Source: an uncultured bacterium (GTDB taxonomy: Bacteria; Nitrospirota; JACRHL01). Taken from it: a stretch of 64,000 nt of DNA. The stretch spans positions 20,493-84,492 of the forward strand of contig CBDUXI010000003.1 of the NCBI GenBank assembly GCA_965371175.1. Direction: 5' to 3'. The position numbers were made by a program, and so were the translations under genes. This document shows positions 49,566 through 58,171 of this stretch, piece after piece. How positions within the stretch are numbered: position 1 is the first letter of the stretch; every line of letters starts with the position of its first letter. The notes under the pieces were generated by a model, which worked only from the letters and a program-made list of their open reading frames with translations, was not told the origin of the DNA and searched no databases.

Positions 49566-50543
49566 ATGGCCGTGTCCGGAAACATTCCAATCGACCCGAT
49601 CCGGCCGGTCTACCTGATTCACGGGCCGGAAGAGTTGCTGCGCCGGGAGGCGGTAAAAACCATCACCGACGCGGTGCTGGATCCGTCCATGGCCGATTTC
49701 AATCTGGATAAATTCGACGGCGGCAGTTGCAAGGTGGAAGAAGTGGTGGCCGCCGCCCAGATGCTGCCGGTGATGGCTACGCGGCGGCTGGTGATCCTGC
49801 GCTTTGTGGAGCGTATCAAGGCCGAGAAGCTGGCACCGCTGGCTGACTACCTGACCGACCCGTCCCCCACCACCTGCCTGATTTTTGAAGGCGAAAAGGC
49901 CGACATGCGCCGGGCACCGTTTTCCAGCGTTAAAAAAGTGGGGGCCGTGGTGCCGTGTCAGGCCCTGTACGAAAGGGACGCGCAGGGCTGGCTCACGCGT
50001 CGGGCGCGGGCGCTGGGTTGCGCCATCGAGCCGGATGCCGCGCGCTTTCTGGTGGCCTATGCGGGCACCCATCTGGCCACCCTGGATGCCGAACTGGAAA
50101 AGGCCGCGGCCTATGCCGGGGCCGATGCACGCATCGATCTGGATGTGGTGGAAGAGACGGTGGGCCGCCACCGGGTGCATACGGTATTTGAACTGACCGA
50201 CGCCCTGGGGGCAAAGCAGACCGGACGGGCGCTGGCCGCACTGGGTACGCTGCTGGATGCGGGGGAGGCACCGTTAAAGGTACAGGGCATGATTGTGCGG
50301 CACTATCGCATGTTGTGGCGCACGGTCGAGGCGCTAAACGCCGGAGAGCGAAACCTGGCTGCCGCCGTCGGCGTGGCACCGTTTGTGGCCAACAAGCTTG
50401 CCGGGCAGGCGCGCCATTATTCCGACAAAAAAATAGGCAAAGCGTTTACCCGCTTTGCCCAGGTGGATTCCGATTTGAAGGGGGGTGCCGCATCGCCCCG
50501 GCGTACGCTCGAGGACGAGGTGCTGAGCCTGTGCCGCGCATAG
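49566..50543 (+). CDS. holA: DNA polymerase III delta subunit
   Basis: 325 aa. Matches the DNA pol III delta N-terminal pattern (VYLIHGPEELL). Confidence 0.7.
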   Translation: MAVSGNIPIDPIRPVYLIHGPEELLRREAVKTITDAVLDPSMADFNLDKFDGGSCKVEEVVAAAQMLPVMATRRLVILRFVERIKAEKLAPLADYLTDPSPTTCLIFEGEKADMRRAPFSSVKKVGAVVPCQALYERDAQGWLTRRARALGCAIEPDAARFLVAYAGTHLATLDAELEKAAAYAGADARIDLDVVEETVGRHRVHTVFELTDALGAKQTGRALAALGTLLDAGEAPLKVQGMIVRHYRMLWRTVEALNAGERNLAAAVGVAPFVANKLAGQARHYSDKKIGKAFTRFAQVDSDLKGGAASPRRTLEDEVLSLCRA

Positions 50544-50584
50544 GCGAGGCGACAGGGGGCGCGGCCGGCCCGCTCCGGGCGAAA

Positions 50585-50848
50585 CTAGCCCAGGGCGTTG
50601 ACCATTTTGGTCAGGCGCGAAACCTTGCGGGAGGCGGTGTTCTTTTTCAGCACACCTTTTCCGGCGGCGCGGGCAAGATAAGAGGTGGCGACAGTCAGGT
50701 CGGCTTTGGCTGCGGCCTTGTCCTTCTTCTCCACCGATCCCTCCAGCTTCTTGAGGACGGTGCGCAGGGCAGAAATGGTGCTGCGGTTGCGGTCCCGGCG
50801 GACGATAGACTGACGGGCGCGCTTGGCTGCTGAGGCGTGATTGGCCAT
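50585..50848 (-). CDS. rpsT: 30S ribosomal protein S20
   Basis: MANHASAAKRARQS... N-terminus characteristic of S20. 87 aa. Confidence 0.9.
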   Translation of the reverse strand: MANHASAAKRARQSIVRRDRNRSTISALRTVLKKLEGSVEKKDKAAAKADLTVATSYLARAAGKGVLKKNTASRKVSRLTKMVNALG

Positions 50849-50937
50849 AAAAATCCTTAAAACGGTTCTTTTTACCGCGTCACCGGCACACCGGGCGCGT
50901 TCGGGAAAACCCTTAATTTATTGGGTAAAGGGTCTCC

Positions 50938-52533
50938 GTGTCAATGGAAAAGTCCACTAACGGCCCTAAAAAAGAGCGGGGCGAGACCGAAAAGGTGGCC
51001 CGTGCTGCCGGGACCATCGGTCTGTTCACCTTTGGCAGCCGGGTGCTGGGCTTTATTCGCGATGTGGTGGTGGCGCGGGCGTTTGGCGCATCACTGGTGG
51101 CGGACGCCTTTTTTGTCGCCCTGCGTATTCCCAATATGCTGCGGGAGTTGCTGGCCGAAGGCTCCATGAGCGCGGCGTTTGTACCGGTATTTACCGAAAA
51201 ACTGACGCAAGATACCAGAGAGCGGGCGTGGGCGCTGGCCAGCCGCGTATTTACCGTGCTGCTGGTGGTGCTGGTGGTGGTGACCTGTCTGGGGATTCTG
51301 GCCGCGCCGTTGATCGTGCGGTTGATCGCGCCGGGCTTTACCGACGCGGGCGGACAGCGGGAATTGACCGTGCTGCTCACCCGCATCATGTTCCCATATC
51401 TGTTGTTTATCGGCCTTGCGGCCCTGGCCATGGGCATCCTGAACTCCCTGCGGGCGTTTGCCCTGCCGGCGCTTTCGCCCATGTGCCTGAATATTTCCAT
51501 CATCGCCTGCGCCCTGTGGCTGGCACCGGGCATGGATACCCCGGCTTTGGGGCTGGCCATCGGGGTGCTGGTGGGTGGCATTGCTCAACTTGCCATCCAG
51601 CTGCCGGGGCTGGCTTCCCACAAGATGATGCCGCGCCTTGCCTGGGCACCGAAAGACCCGGACGTGCGCCGCATCGGCAAACTGATTCTGCCCATGCTGT
51701 TTGGCCTGTCGGTGACCCAGGTCAACCTGCTGGTGAACACCTTGCTGGCCTCTTTTCTGCAAGAAGGGTCGGTGAGTTTTCTGTACTACGGCATCCGCCT
51801 GATTCACTTTCCCCTGGGCATTTTTGGTGTGGCCCTGGCCACCGCCATTTTGCCCAGCCTGTCGGCCAGTGCGGCAAAGGGTGATCTGGCCGCAGTGGGC
51901 AGGGGTTTTTCCGACGGCTTGCGGCTGATCCTGTTTATTACGATTCCGGCCATGCTGGGGTTGATCGTGCTCTCCTCCCCCATTGTGCAGACCCTGTTTG
52001 AGCGGGGCGCGTTTGACGCCGCCGACACCGTGGGGGTGGCCGCCGCCGTATCGGCCTATGCCACCGGCCTGTGGGCGTTTGCCGGGGTGCGTATCACCGC
52101 CTCGGCCTATTACGCTATGAAAGATACGGCCACGCCGGTTAAGGTGGCGGCGGTCGCCATGATTACCAACATCATCCTGAATCTGGCGCTCATGGGGCCG
52201 CTGGGGCATGCGGGGCTGGCCCTGGCCACGGCCATCGCCGCCATGGTGAACCTGGGGCTGCTGGTCTTCCTGGTGCGTAAAAAACTGCCGGAGGCGCAGT
52301 TGTCGCGCGTGCTTCCCAGTTTGGGCCGAACGCTGGCCGCAGGCGCTGTCATGACGGCCTTTTGCCTGTGGGTGGCGGGCCAGCCGGTGTGGCAGGACGG
52401 TCTGTTCGCCACCCGGGCGGCGTGGCTGTGCGCGGCCGTATTGGGATCGTCGGTGCTCTATATGGTGACCCATCGGCTGCTGGGGGGGGAAGAGGTGATC
52501 ACCCTCATGAAAGTGGTCCGGCGGCGCAAATAA
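50938..52533 (+). CDS. murJ: Lipid II flippase MurJ (MviN)
   Basis: Polytopic membrane protein. N-terminal LFTFGSRVLGFIRDVVVARAFGA motif of MurJ. Divergent from rpsT. Confidence 0.9.
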   Translation: MSMEKSTNGPKKERGETEKVARAAGTIGLFTFGSRVLGFIRDVVVARAFGASLVADAFFVALRIPNMLRELLAEGSMSAAFVPVFTEKLTQDTRERAWALASRVFTVLLVVLVVVTCLGILAAPLIVRLIAPGFTDAGGQRELTVLLTRIMFPYLLFIGLAALAMGILNSLRAFALPALSPMCLNISIIACALWLAPGMDTPALGLAIGVLVGGIAQLAIQLPGLASHKMMPRLAWAPKDPDVRRIGKLILPMLFGLSVTQVNLLVNTLLASFLQEGSVSFLYYGIRLIHFPLGIFGVALATAILPSLSASAAKGDLAAVGRGFSDGLRLILFITIPAMLGLIVLSSPIVQTLFERGAFDAADTVGVAAAVSAYATGLWAFAGVRITASAYYAMKDTATPVKVAAVAMITNIILNLALMGPLGHAGLALATAIAAMVNLGLLVFLVRKKLPEAQLSRVLPSLGRTLAAGAVMTAFCLWVAGQPVWQDGLFATRAAWLCAAVLGSSVLYMVTHRLLGGEEVITLMKVVRRRK

Positions 52534-52664
52534 TGCGCTGTTTCCCATAATTTGGTTACGGGCCTCATCTCGGTTACATTTACGCGGGTGCCGTTGTTTG
52601 CCGAAAGGAATCGGTGTCACGGGTGATCAGATCAGTACAGGTTAATATCAGGGAAGATTGAGAT

Positions 52665-53948
52665 ATGCGTAAGGTTTGCGTGATTGACGGGGTTCGTACC
52701 CCGTTTACCAAAATGGGCACCGTGCAGGGTACGGCGCGGGCGGTGGACCTGGGCCGGTACGCGGTCACGGAATTGATGGCCCGCAGCGGGGCCGACCCGG
52801 AACAGATTGATGAGCTGGTGGCGGGCAACGTCATTCAGCCGGTGGATGCGGTGAACATCGCCCGGGTGATCGCCCTGCGCTCGCATTTGCCCGAAAAAAT
52901 GCCGGCCTACACGGTGCACCGTAACTGCGCTTCCGGCATTCAGGCCCTGGCCGAAGGGCATATGCTGATCGCCAGCGGCCGCGCCGAGGCGGTGATCTGC
53001 CTGGGCGTGGAATCGATGTCGGACGCACCGTTTCAGGTCAGGCGTGAGATGCGGGCGTGGCTCACCCAGTTGCAGCGTATGCGCAGCATGGGCGCAAAGC
53101 TGGCCCACATTACCAAATTCCCGCTGGGGAAAATTTCCCCCGAGGTGGGCATCATGCTGGGTCTTACCGACCCGGTGAGTACCCTCAACATGGGGCAGAC
53201 CGCCGAGGTGCTGGCCCGTGAGTTTTCCATTTCCAGAAAAGAGCAGGACGAGATGGCGCTGGAGAGCAATCTGCGCACCGCCACCGCCTGGGAGGAAGGG
53301 CGTTTTGCAGGTGAGGTGATGACCACCTTCCCCGGCCCCAAATACAAGCCGGTCCACCGGGACAACGGCTACCGGGCCGATTCCAGCATGGAAAAGCTGG
53401 CCACCCTCAAAACCGTGTTTGACCGGGCTAACGGCACCGTGACGCCGGGCAACAGCTCGCAGCTGACCGACGGGGCGTGCGCGATCCTTCTGGGCAGCGC
53501 CAACTTCGCCAAGAGCATGGGCAGGAAGCCGCTCGGCACCATGGTCGATTTTGCTTTCGGCGGGCTGGCCCCGTCGCGCATGGGGCTGGGGCCGGTCTAT
53601 TCCACCCAGAAGCTGTTTGATGCCAACAAGCTGGACTGGAAGGGCGTCGATCTGGTGGAGTTGAACGAGGCGTTTGCCGCGCAAGCCATTGCCTGTTTGC
53701 GGGCGTGGGACTCCAAAGCGTTTTACAAAAAAGAGATGGGGGGCGTGAGCCCTCCCGGCGCGCCGAACTGGAAAAAGGTCAATGTAAACGGCGGGGCCAT
53801 TGCCCTGGGGCACCCGGTGGGCGCCACGGGCACCCGTCAGGTGCTGACTTTGCTCAGGGAGTTGTCCCGGCAGGGCGGCAAGACGGGCGTCGCCACCTTG
53901 TGCATCGGCGGCGGGCAAGGGGCATCGGTACTGGTGGAGACGGAATAA
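52665..53948 (+). CDS. fadA: Acetyl-CoA C-acyltransferase (3-ketoacyl-CoA thiolase)
   Basis: Thiolase active-site region NCASG, and C-terminal GGGQG.... Confidence 0.85.
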   Translation: MRKVCVIDGVRTPFTKMGTVQGTARAVDLGRYAVTELMARSGADPEQIDELVAGNVIQPVDAVNIARVIALRSHLPEKMPAYTVHRNCASGIQALAEGHMLIASGRAEAVICLGVESMSDAPFQVRREMRAWLTQLQRMRSMGAKLAHITKFPLGKISPEVGIMLGLTDPVSTLNMGQTAEVLAREFSISRKEQDEMALESNLRTATAWEEGRFAGEVMTTFPGPKYKPVHRDNGYRADSSMEKLATLKTVFDRANGTVTPGNSSQLTDGACAILLGSANFAKSMGRKPLGTMVDFAFGGLAPSRMGLGPVYSTQKLFDANKLDWKGVDLVELNEAFAAQAIACLRAWDSKAFYKKEMGGVSPPGAPNWKKVNVNGGAIALGHPVGATGTRQVLTLLRELSRQGGKTGVATLCIGGGQGASVLVETE

Positions 53949-56041
53949 TGGCAAAAAAGAAAACCACCCATTGGACCTACACCGAAGCCGACGGCATCGG
54001 CACCCTGACCCTGGATGTGGCCGGGCAGTCGGTCAATACCTTAAGCGGGCCGGTGCTTGCGGAGCTGGACGGCCATCTGGACAAGGTGGCGGGCAAAAAG
54101 ATTTCCGGGCTGATCATCGCATCGGCCAAGTCCAGTTTTATCGCCGGGGCCGACATCAACGAGATTGCGGGCCTGTCCGACCCCACAAAAGCCACGGCGC
54201 TGGTGGAAAAAGGGCAGCAGGTGTTCCTGAAGCTGGAACGGCTCAAAATCCCCACCGTGGCGGCCATTCACGGGGCCTGCCTGGGGGGCGGGATGGAGCT
54301 GGCGCTGGCCTGCACTGCCCGCATCTGCACCGATCACCCGTCCACCCGCATGGGGCTGCCCGAGGTCAAGCTGGGGATCCACCCGGGCTTTGGCGGCTGC
54401 GTGCGGCTGCCGAAGGTGGTGGGGCTGGAAAAGGCCACCCAGTGGATTCTGACGGGCAAAGCGGTGGCGGCCAAACAGGCCAAACGCGCAGGGCTGGTCT
54501 CTTCTGCGGTGGCCCCTGAGGTGTTGCTGGAGGCGGCAAAAAAACTGGTCCCCAAAGCGCGCAGGGCCAAGCCCAAAACGGGCCTCGTCGGAAAGCTCTT
54601 AACGGGCAACCCCATTGGCCGCAAAATCTTTTTCGATCAGGCGGAAAAACAGCTGAAGCGCAAGGTGAGTAAAGATCACTACCCGGCACCGTTTGCCGCC
54701 CTGAAGGTGCTTCAAACCATTGCTGGAATGGGTGCAGTGCAGGCCCACCGGGTCGAGGCCGAATCGTGCGGCGCACTGATTCCGCTGGGTGCTACAAAAA
54801 ATCTGATCCGGGTGTTCTTTGCTTCCGAGGCGCTCAAGAATCAAGACGCCGCCAAGCTCGGCAAGGCCGATGCCGCCGCCATCAACCGGGTGGTGGTGGT
54901 GGGCGCCGGGGTGATGGGCGCGGGCATCGCCGGGGAGTTCGCCCGCAAAGGCATCTCCGTGCGCTTTGCCGACCTGTCGGATGAGGCGGTCTCCAACGGC
55001 ATGGCGGGCATCGCCAAAAACGCCAAACGGGCCGCCAGAAGTGCAAAAAAAGGCGAGTTTGAGCGCATCATGGGGCGGCTTTCGCCCACCACCGATCTGG
55101 ACCTGCTGGGGCCTGCCGACGCCCTGATTGAGGCGGTACCGGAAAACATGGATATCAAAAAAGCCCTGTTCAAACAGGCACCGCCGCAACTGGGAAAGGG
55201 GGCGCTACTGCTCACCAACACATCGTCCTTGTCGGTCACCCAGATGTTCAAGGGGGTGCCGTCACCGGGTAAAACCGCGGGCATGCATTTCTTTAACCCG
55301 GTGCCGCTGATGCCACTGGTAGAGGTGGTGGTGGGAGACAAAACCTCTCCGGCCACGGTGGCCACGGTGACCGCCCTGTCTGTGCGTATCGGCAAGATGC
55401 CGCTGATCGTGCAGGAATGCCCCGGCTTTCTGGTAAACCGCATCCTCATGCCGTACCTGAACGAGGCCATGATGATGCTGGAGGAGGGCGCCCAGATTGC
55501 CCAGGTGGACAAGGTGCTCAAAAACTTCGGCATGCCCATGGGGGCGTTCCGGCTGGTGGATGAGATCGGCCTGGATGTCTGCTATCACGTTTCCGCCGTG
55601 CTCAGAGAGGGGTATGGCGAGCGCATGACCCCGGCAAAAAGTATGGCGGCCCTGTTCGAGTCGGGCCGCTTCGGCAAAAAAGTGGGCAAGGGACTGTACC
55701 TGTACAAAAACGGCAAATCCGAAGGGGAGGATGCCGCCACCTACAGCCTCATTAAAGAGCGCGGCGCCACCCGCTTTACCGAAGAGGACATTCGCGACCG
55801 GCTGATTCTGTCCATGGTGGCGGAAGGGGCGCGGATTCTGGATGAAGAGATCGTGGAGAGCGCCGAAATGCTGGATGCGGGCATGGTGTTCGGCACCGGT
55901 TTCCCGCCGTTCCGGGGCGGTCTGTTCCGCTATGTGGAAGAGCGTGGACCGGGCCAGGTGCTGGCGGTGCTGGACAAGCTGGCCGAAACCTATGGCGAGC
56001 GGTTTGCCCCGAATGACTGGTTGCGAAAGTTCGCCAAGTAA
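53948..56041 (+). CDS. fadB: Fatty-acid oxidation complex alpha subunit (enoyl-CoA hydratase / 3-hydroxyacyl-CoA dehydrogenase)
   Basis: N-terminal crotonase fold and a central NAD-binding motif (VVGAGVMGAGIA). About 697 aa. Its ATG overlaps the thiolase stop. Confidence 0.85.
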   Translation: MAKKKTTHWTYTEADGIGTLTLDVAGQSVNTLSGPVLAELDGHLDKVAGKKISGLIIASAKSSFIAGADINEIAGLSDPTKATALVEKGQQVFLKLERLKIPTVAAIHGACLGGGMELALACTARICTDHPSTRMGLPEVKLGIHPGFGGCVRLPKVVGLEKATQWILTGKAVAAKQAKRAGLVSSAVAPEVLLEAAKKLVPKARRAKPKTGLVGKLLTGNPIGRKIFFDQAEKQLKRKVSKDHYPAPFAALKVLQTIAGMGAVQAHRVEAESCGALIPLGATKNLIRVFFASEALKNQDAAKLGKADAAAINRVVVVGAGVMGAGIAGEFARKGISVRFADLSDEAVSNGMAGIAKNAKRAARSAKKGEFERIMGRLSPTTDLDLLGPADALIEAVPENMDIKKALFKQAPPQLGKGALLLTNTSSLSVTQMFKGVPSPGKTAGMHFFNPVPLMPLVEVVVGDKTSPATVATVTALSVRIGKMPLIVQECPGFLVNRILMPYLNEAMMMLEEGAQIAQVDKVLKNFGMPMGAFRLVDEIGLDVCYHVSAVLREGYGERMTPAKSMAALFESGRFGKKVGKGLYLYKNGKSEGEDAATYSLIKERGATRFTEEDIRDRLILSMVAEGARILDEEIVESAEMLDAGMVFGTGFPPFRGGLFRYVEERGPGQVLAVLDKLAETYGERFAPNDWLRKFAK

Positions 56042-56144
56042 TAATCTGGCTGCGCAAATTTGCCAAGTAGTTCGCCAAATAATCGTTAAATAACAAGCTT
56101 TTCACGCAGGGCGCGTGGGCACCCGAAATAGAGCGATCCATTCC

Positions 56145-57185
56145 ATGCGGGCAGTGTGTTTTCATCATACAGGCGGGCCGGATGTATTGTCCGTCGAGCA
56201 GGTTCCGGTGCCGGAACCCGGGCCCGGCGAAGTACGGTTACAACTGCGTGCCGCCTCCGTCAACTATCTGGATATCTGGCTCAGATGCGGCGCGCTGCCC
56301 ACTCCCCTGCCCCATATTCCCGGTTGCGATGGGGCGGGCATCGCAGATGCCCTGGGAGACGGGGTGACGGGTGTTGCCGCAGGTAGTCCGTATCTGATCG
56401 CACCGGGCTTGTCGTGCGGCGCGTGTGCCGCTTGCGATGCTGGCGACACATTTTTGTGCCCGGAGTTTTCGATCTTTGGGACTGGCTCCGCGGGCACGGG
56501 CTCCGCAGGCACCTATGCCGATTACGCTGTTGTGCCGGCACAAAACCTGATTCCGGTGCCGGACGGCGTCGATATGCACGCCGCCGCCACCCTGGGGGTA
56601 GCGGGGCTGACCGCATGGCATCAGCTGGTGACCCGGGGCCGGGTGCAGCCGGGAGAGACCGTGCTGGTGCACGGCGCAGGCAGCGGGCTGGGCAGTTTTG
56701 CCATCCAGATCGCCCGCATGCACGGGGCTCGCGTGCTGGCCACGGCGGGGAGTAAAAAAAAATGCGAACAGGCGCTGGCGTTGGGGGTAGATGCCGCTTT
56801 CGACCCCACCCAGGGGAATGTTGCCGCACAGGTGCTGGACGCCACAGACGGCAAGGGGGTGGACGTGCTGTTTGACCACGTGGGGGCGGCGCTGTTTGCC
56901 GCCAACCTGTCGTGTCTGGCTGTGGGTGGCAGGCTGCTGGTTTGCGGCACCACCACTGGCGCAGAGGTGGCATTCAACCTGCGCGACCTGTTTGCCCGCC
57001 AGCAGTCGATTCTGGGGGGCAGACTGGGCAGTACCTGCGAGCTTGCCGAGCTTGCCCGCCATGTGGCGGCGGGAAAAATTCGCCCGGTGATCGACCGGGT
57101 CTTTCCGTTAAGTGATGCGGCAGCGGCCCACGCAACCATGGAAGAACGCGCACACTTCGGCAAAATCGTCCTTGAAATGGTTTAA
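56145..57185 (+). CDS. Zinc-type alcohol dehydrogenase / quinone oxidoreductase (MDR family)
   Basis: MRAVCFHHTGGPDVLSVE and the HGAGSGLGSFAIQIA cofactor motif. Confidence 0.75.
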   Translation: MRAVCFHHTGGPDVLSVEQVPVPEPGPGEVRLQLRAASVNYLDIWLRCGALPTPLPHIPGCDGAGIADALGDGVTGVAAGSPYLIAPGLSCGACAACDAGDTFLCPEFSIFGTGSAGTGSAGTYADYAVVPAQNLIPVPDGVDMHAAATLGVAGLTAWHQLVTRGRVQPGETVLVHGAGSGLGSFAIQIARMHGARVLATAGSKKKCEQALALGVDAAFDPTQGNVAAQVLDATDGKGVDVLFDHVGAALFAANLSCLAVGGRLLVCGTTTGAEVAFNLRDLFARQQSILGGRLGSTCELAELARHVAAGKIRPVIDRVFPLSDAAAAHATMEERAHFGKIVLEMV

Positions 57186-57250
57186 TGTAGGGGGTGGCCC
57201 GGGGGTCCGGGTGGCTCAGGTTTTGTGGTGCTCAAGTTAAGGAATCAGGA

Positions 57251-57694
57251 ATGTATCAGACCGTTCTCGTCCCCACCGACTTTTCGGATCCGGCCAACGC
57301 AGCGTGGGAGCATGCCGTACAGCTGGCCAAGGTCCACGGCAGTAAGCTGGTGGCCCTGTACGTGGCCGAGCCGGTGTTTTCCCATTACGGCGTGGTGGGG
57401 CTGATTCCGAGCGTAAAGGAACTGGAAGAGCAGAACGACGTATCCTCCCGCCTGGAACTAAAAGAGTTGGCCGAAAAGGCTGAATCCGCCGGACTGTCCA
57501 TGACGGTTGAGGTGGTGAAAGGCAAACCGTGGAAGGCGATTGTGGAGGCGGCGGAAAAATTGAGCGCCGATCTGATTGTCATGGGTACCCACGGGCGTAC
57601 CGGGCTGGTGCATGACACCATCGGCAGCACCGCCGAGCGGGTGGTGCAGCGGGCCAAATGTCCGGTGTTGGTGGTGCGCCCCAAGGGCGGCTAG
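57251..57694 (+). CDS. Universal stress protein (UspA family)
   Basis: VLVPTDFSD...LIVMGTHGRTG...GSTAERVV UspA ATP-binding signature. Confidence 0.8.
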   Translation: MYQTVLVPTDFSDPANAAWEHAVQLAKVHGSKLVALYVAEPVFSHYGVVGLIPSVKELEEQNDVSSRLELKELAEKAESAGLSMTVEVVKGKPWKAIVEAAEKLSADLIVMGTHGRTGLVHDTIGSTAERVVQRAKCPVLVVRPKGG

Positions 57695-57811
57695 AAAAAC
57701 GAGGGGAACGGCCCGGAAGAACTCCGGGACAGGTTCAGCGAGGCAGGCTCAGGTCGTCAGAGCAATGGGAGCCATGTCAACGGGGGGGGCGGTGTGCCAC
57801 CCGGGCGGGAA

Positions 57812-58003
57812 TCAACCGGGCTTGACGACTTTTCCGGTACGGAGGCAGCGGGTGCAGATTTTGACCTTTTTCACTGCGCCGTTAATCACCGCGCGCACGC
57901 GCTGGATGTTCGGATGAAATACCCGCCGGGTGCGCCGCTTGGAGTGGCTGACGTTGTTGCCACTCATTCGGCGTTTGCCACAATAATCACATACGTTTGC
58001 CAT
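57812..58003 (-). CDS. rpmB: 50S ribosomal protein L28
   Basis: 63 aa, [27 protein letters not shown]..., with paired Cys motifs. No adjacent rpmG. Confidence 0.85.
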   Translation of the reverse strand: MANVCDYCGKRRMSGNNVSHSKRRTRRVFHPNIQRVRAVINGAVKKVKICTRCLRTGKVVKPG

Positions 58004-58171
58004 CGGTCACTCTCCAAACCACACCGGAAAACACTGAGTCCGACGCGTCGTACGGGGTTCAGGTGCCCGTACGAAAGGGCCAAAAATGAATCCGGGATCA
58101 TAGCAGAGAAGTTCGGTTATCAACAACCCGTCTGACCATATTTTCTGTCTTTTCCGTGGCGGCGCACGCCT

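Noticed and set aside
51091-52620. 509-aa ORF antisense to murJ
   Set aside because: Gln/His/Gly/Arg-rich low-complexity translation opposite a clear polytopic MurJ gene.
57697-57740. Hairpin cccggaagaactccggg between uspA and rpmB as a bidirectional intrinsic terminator
   Set aside because: The stem is short. The only T-run on the rpmB side is about 14 nt from the stem, and none follows on the uspA side. Not convincing as a rho-independent terminator.
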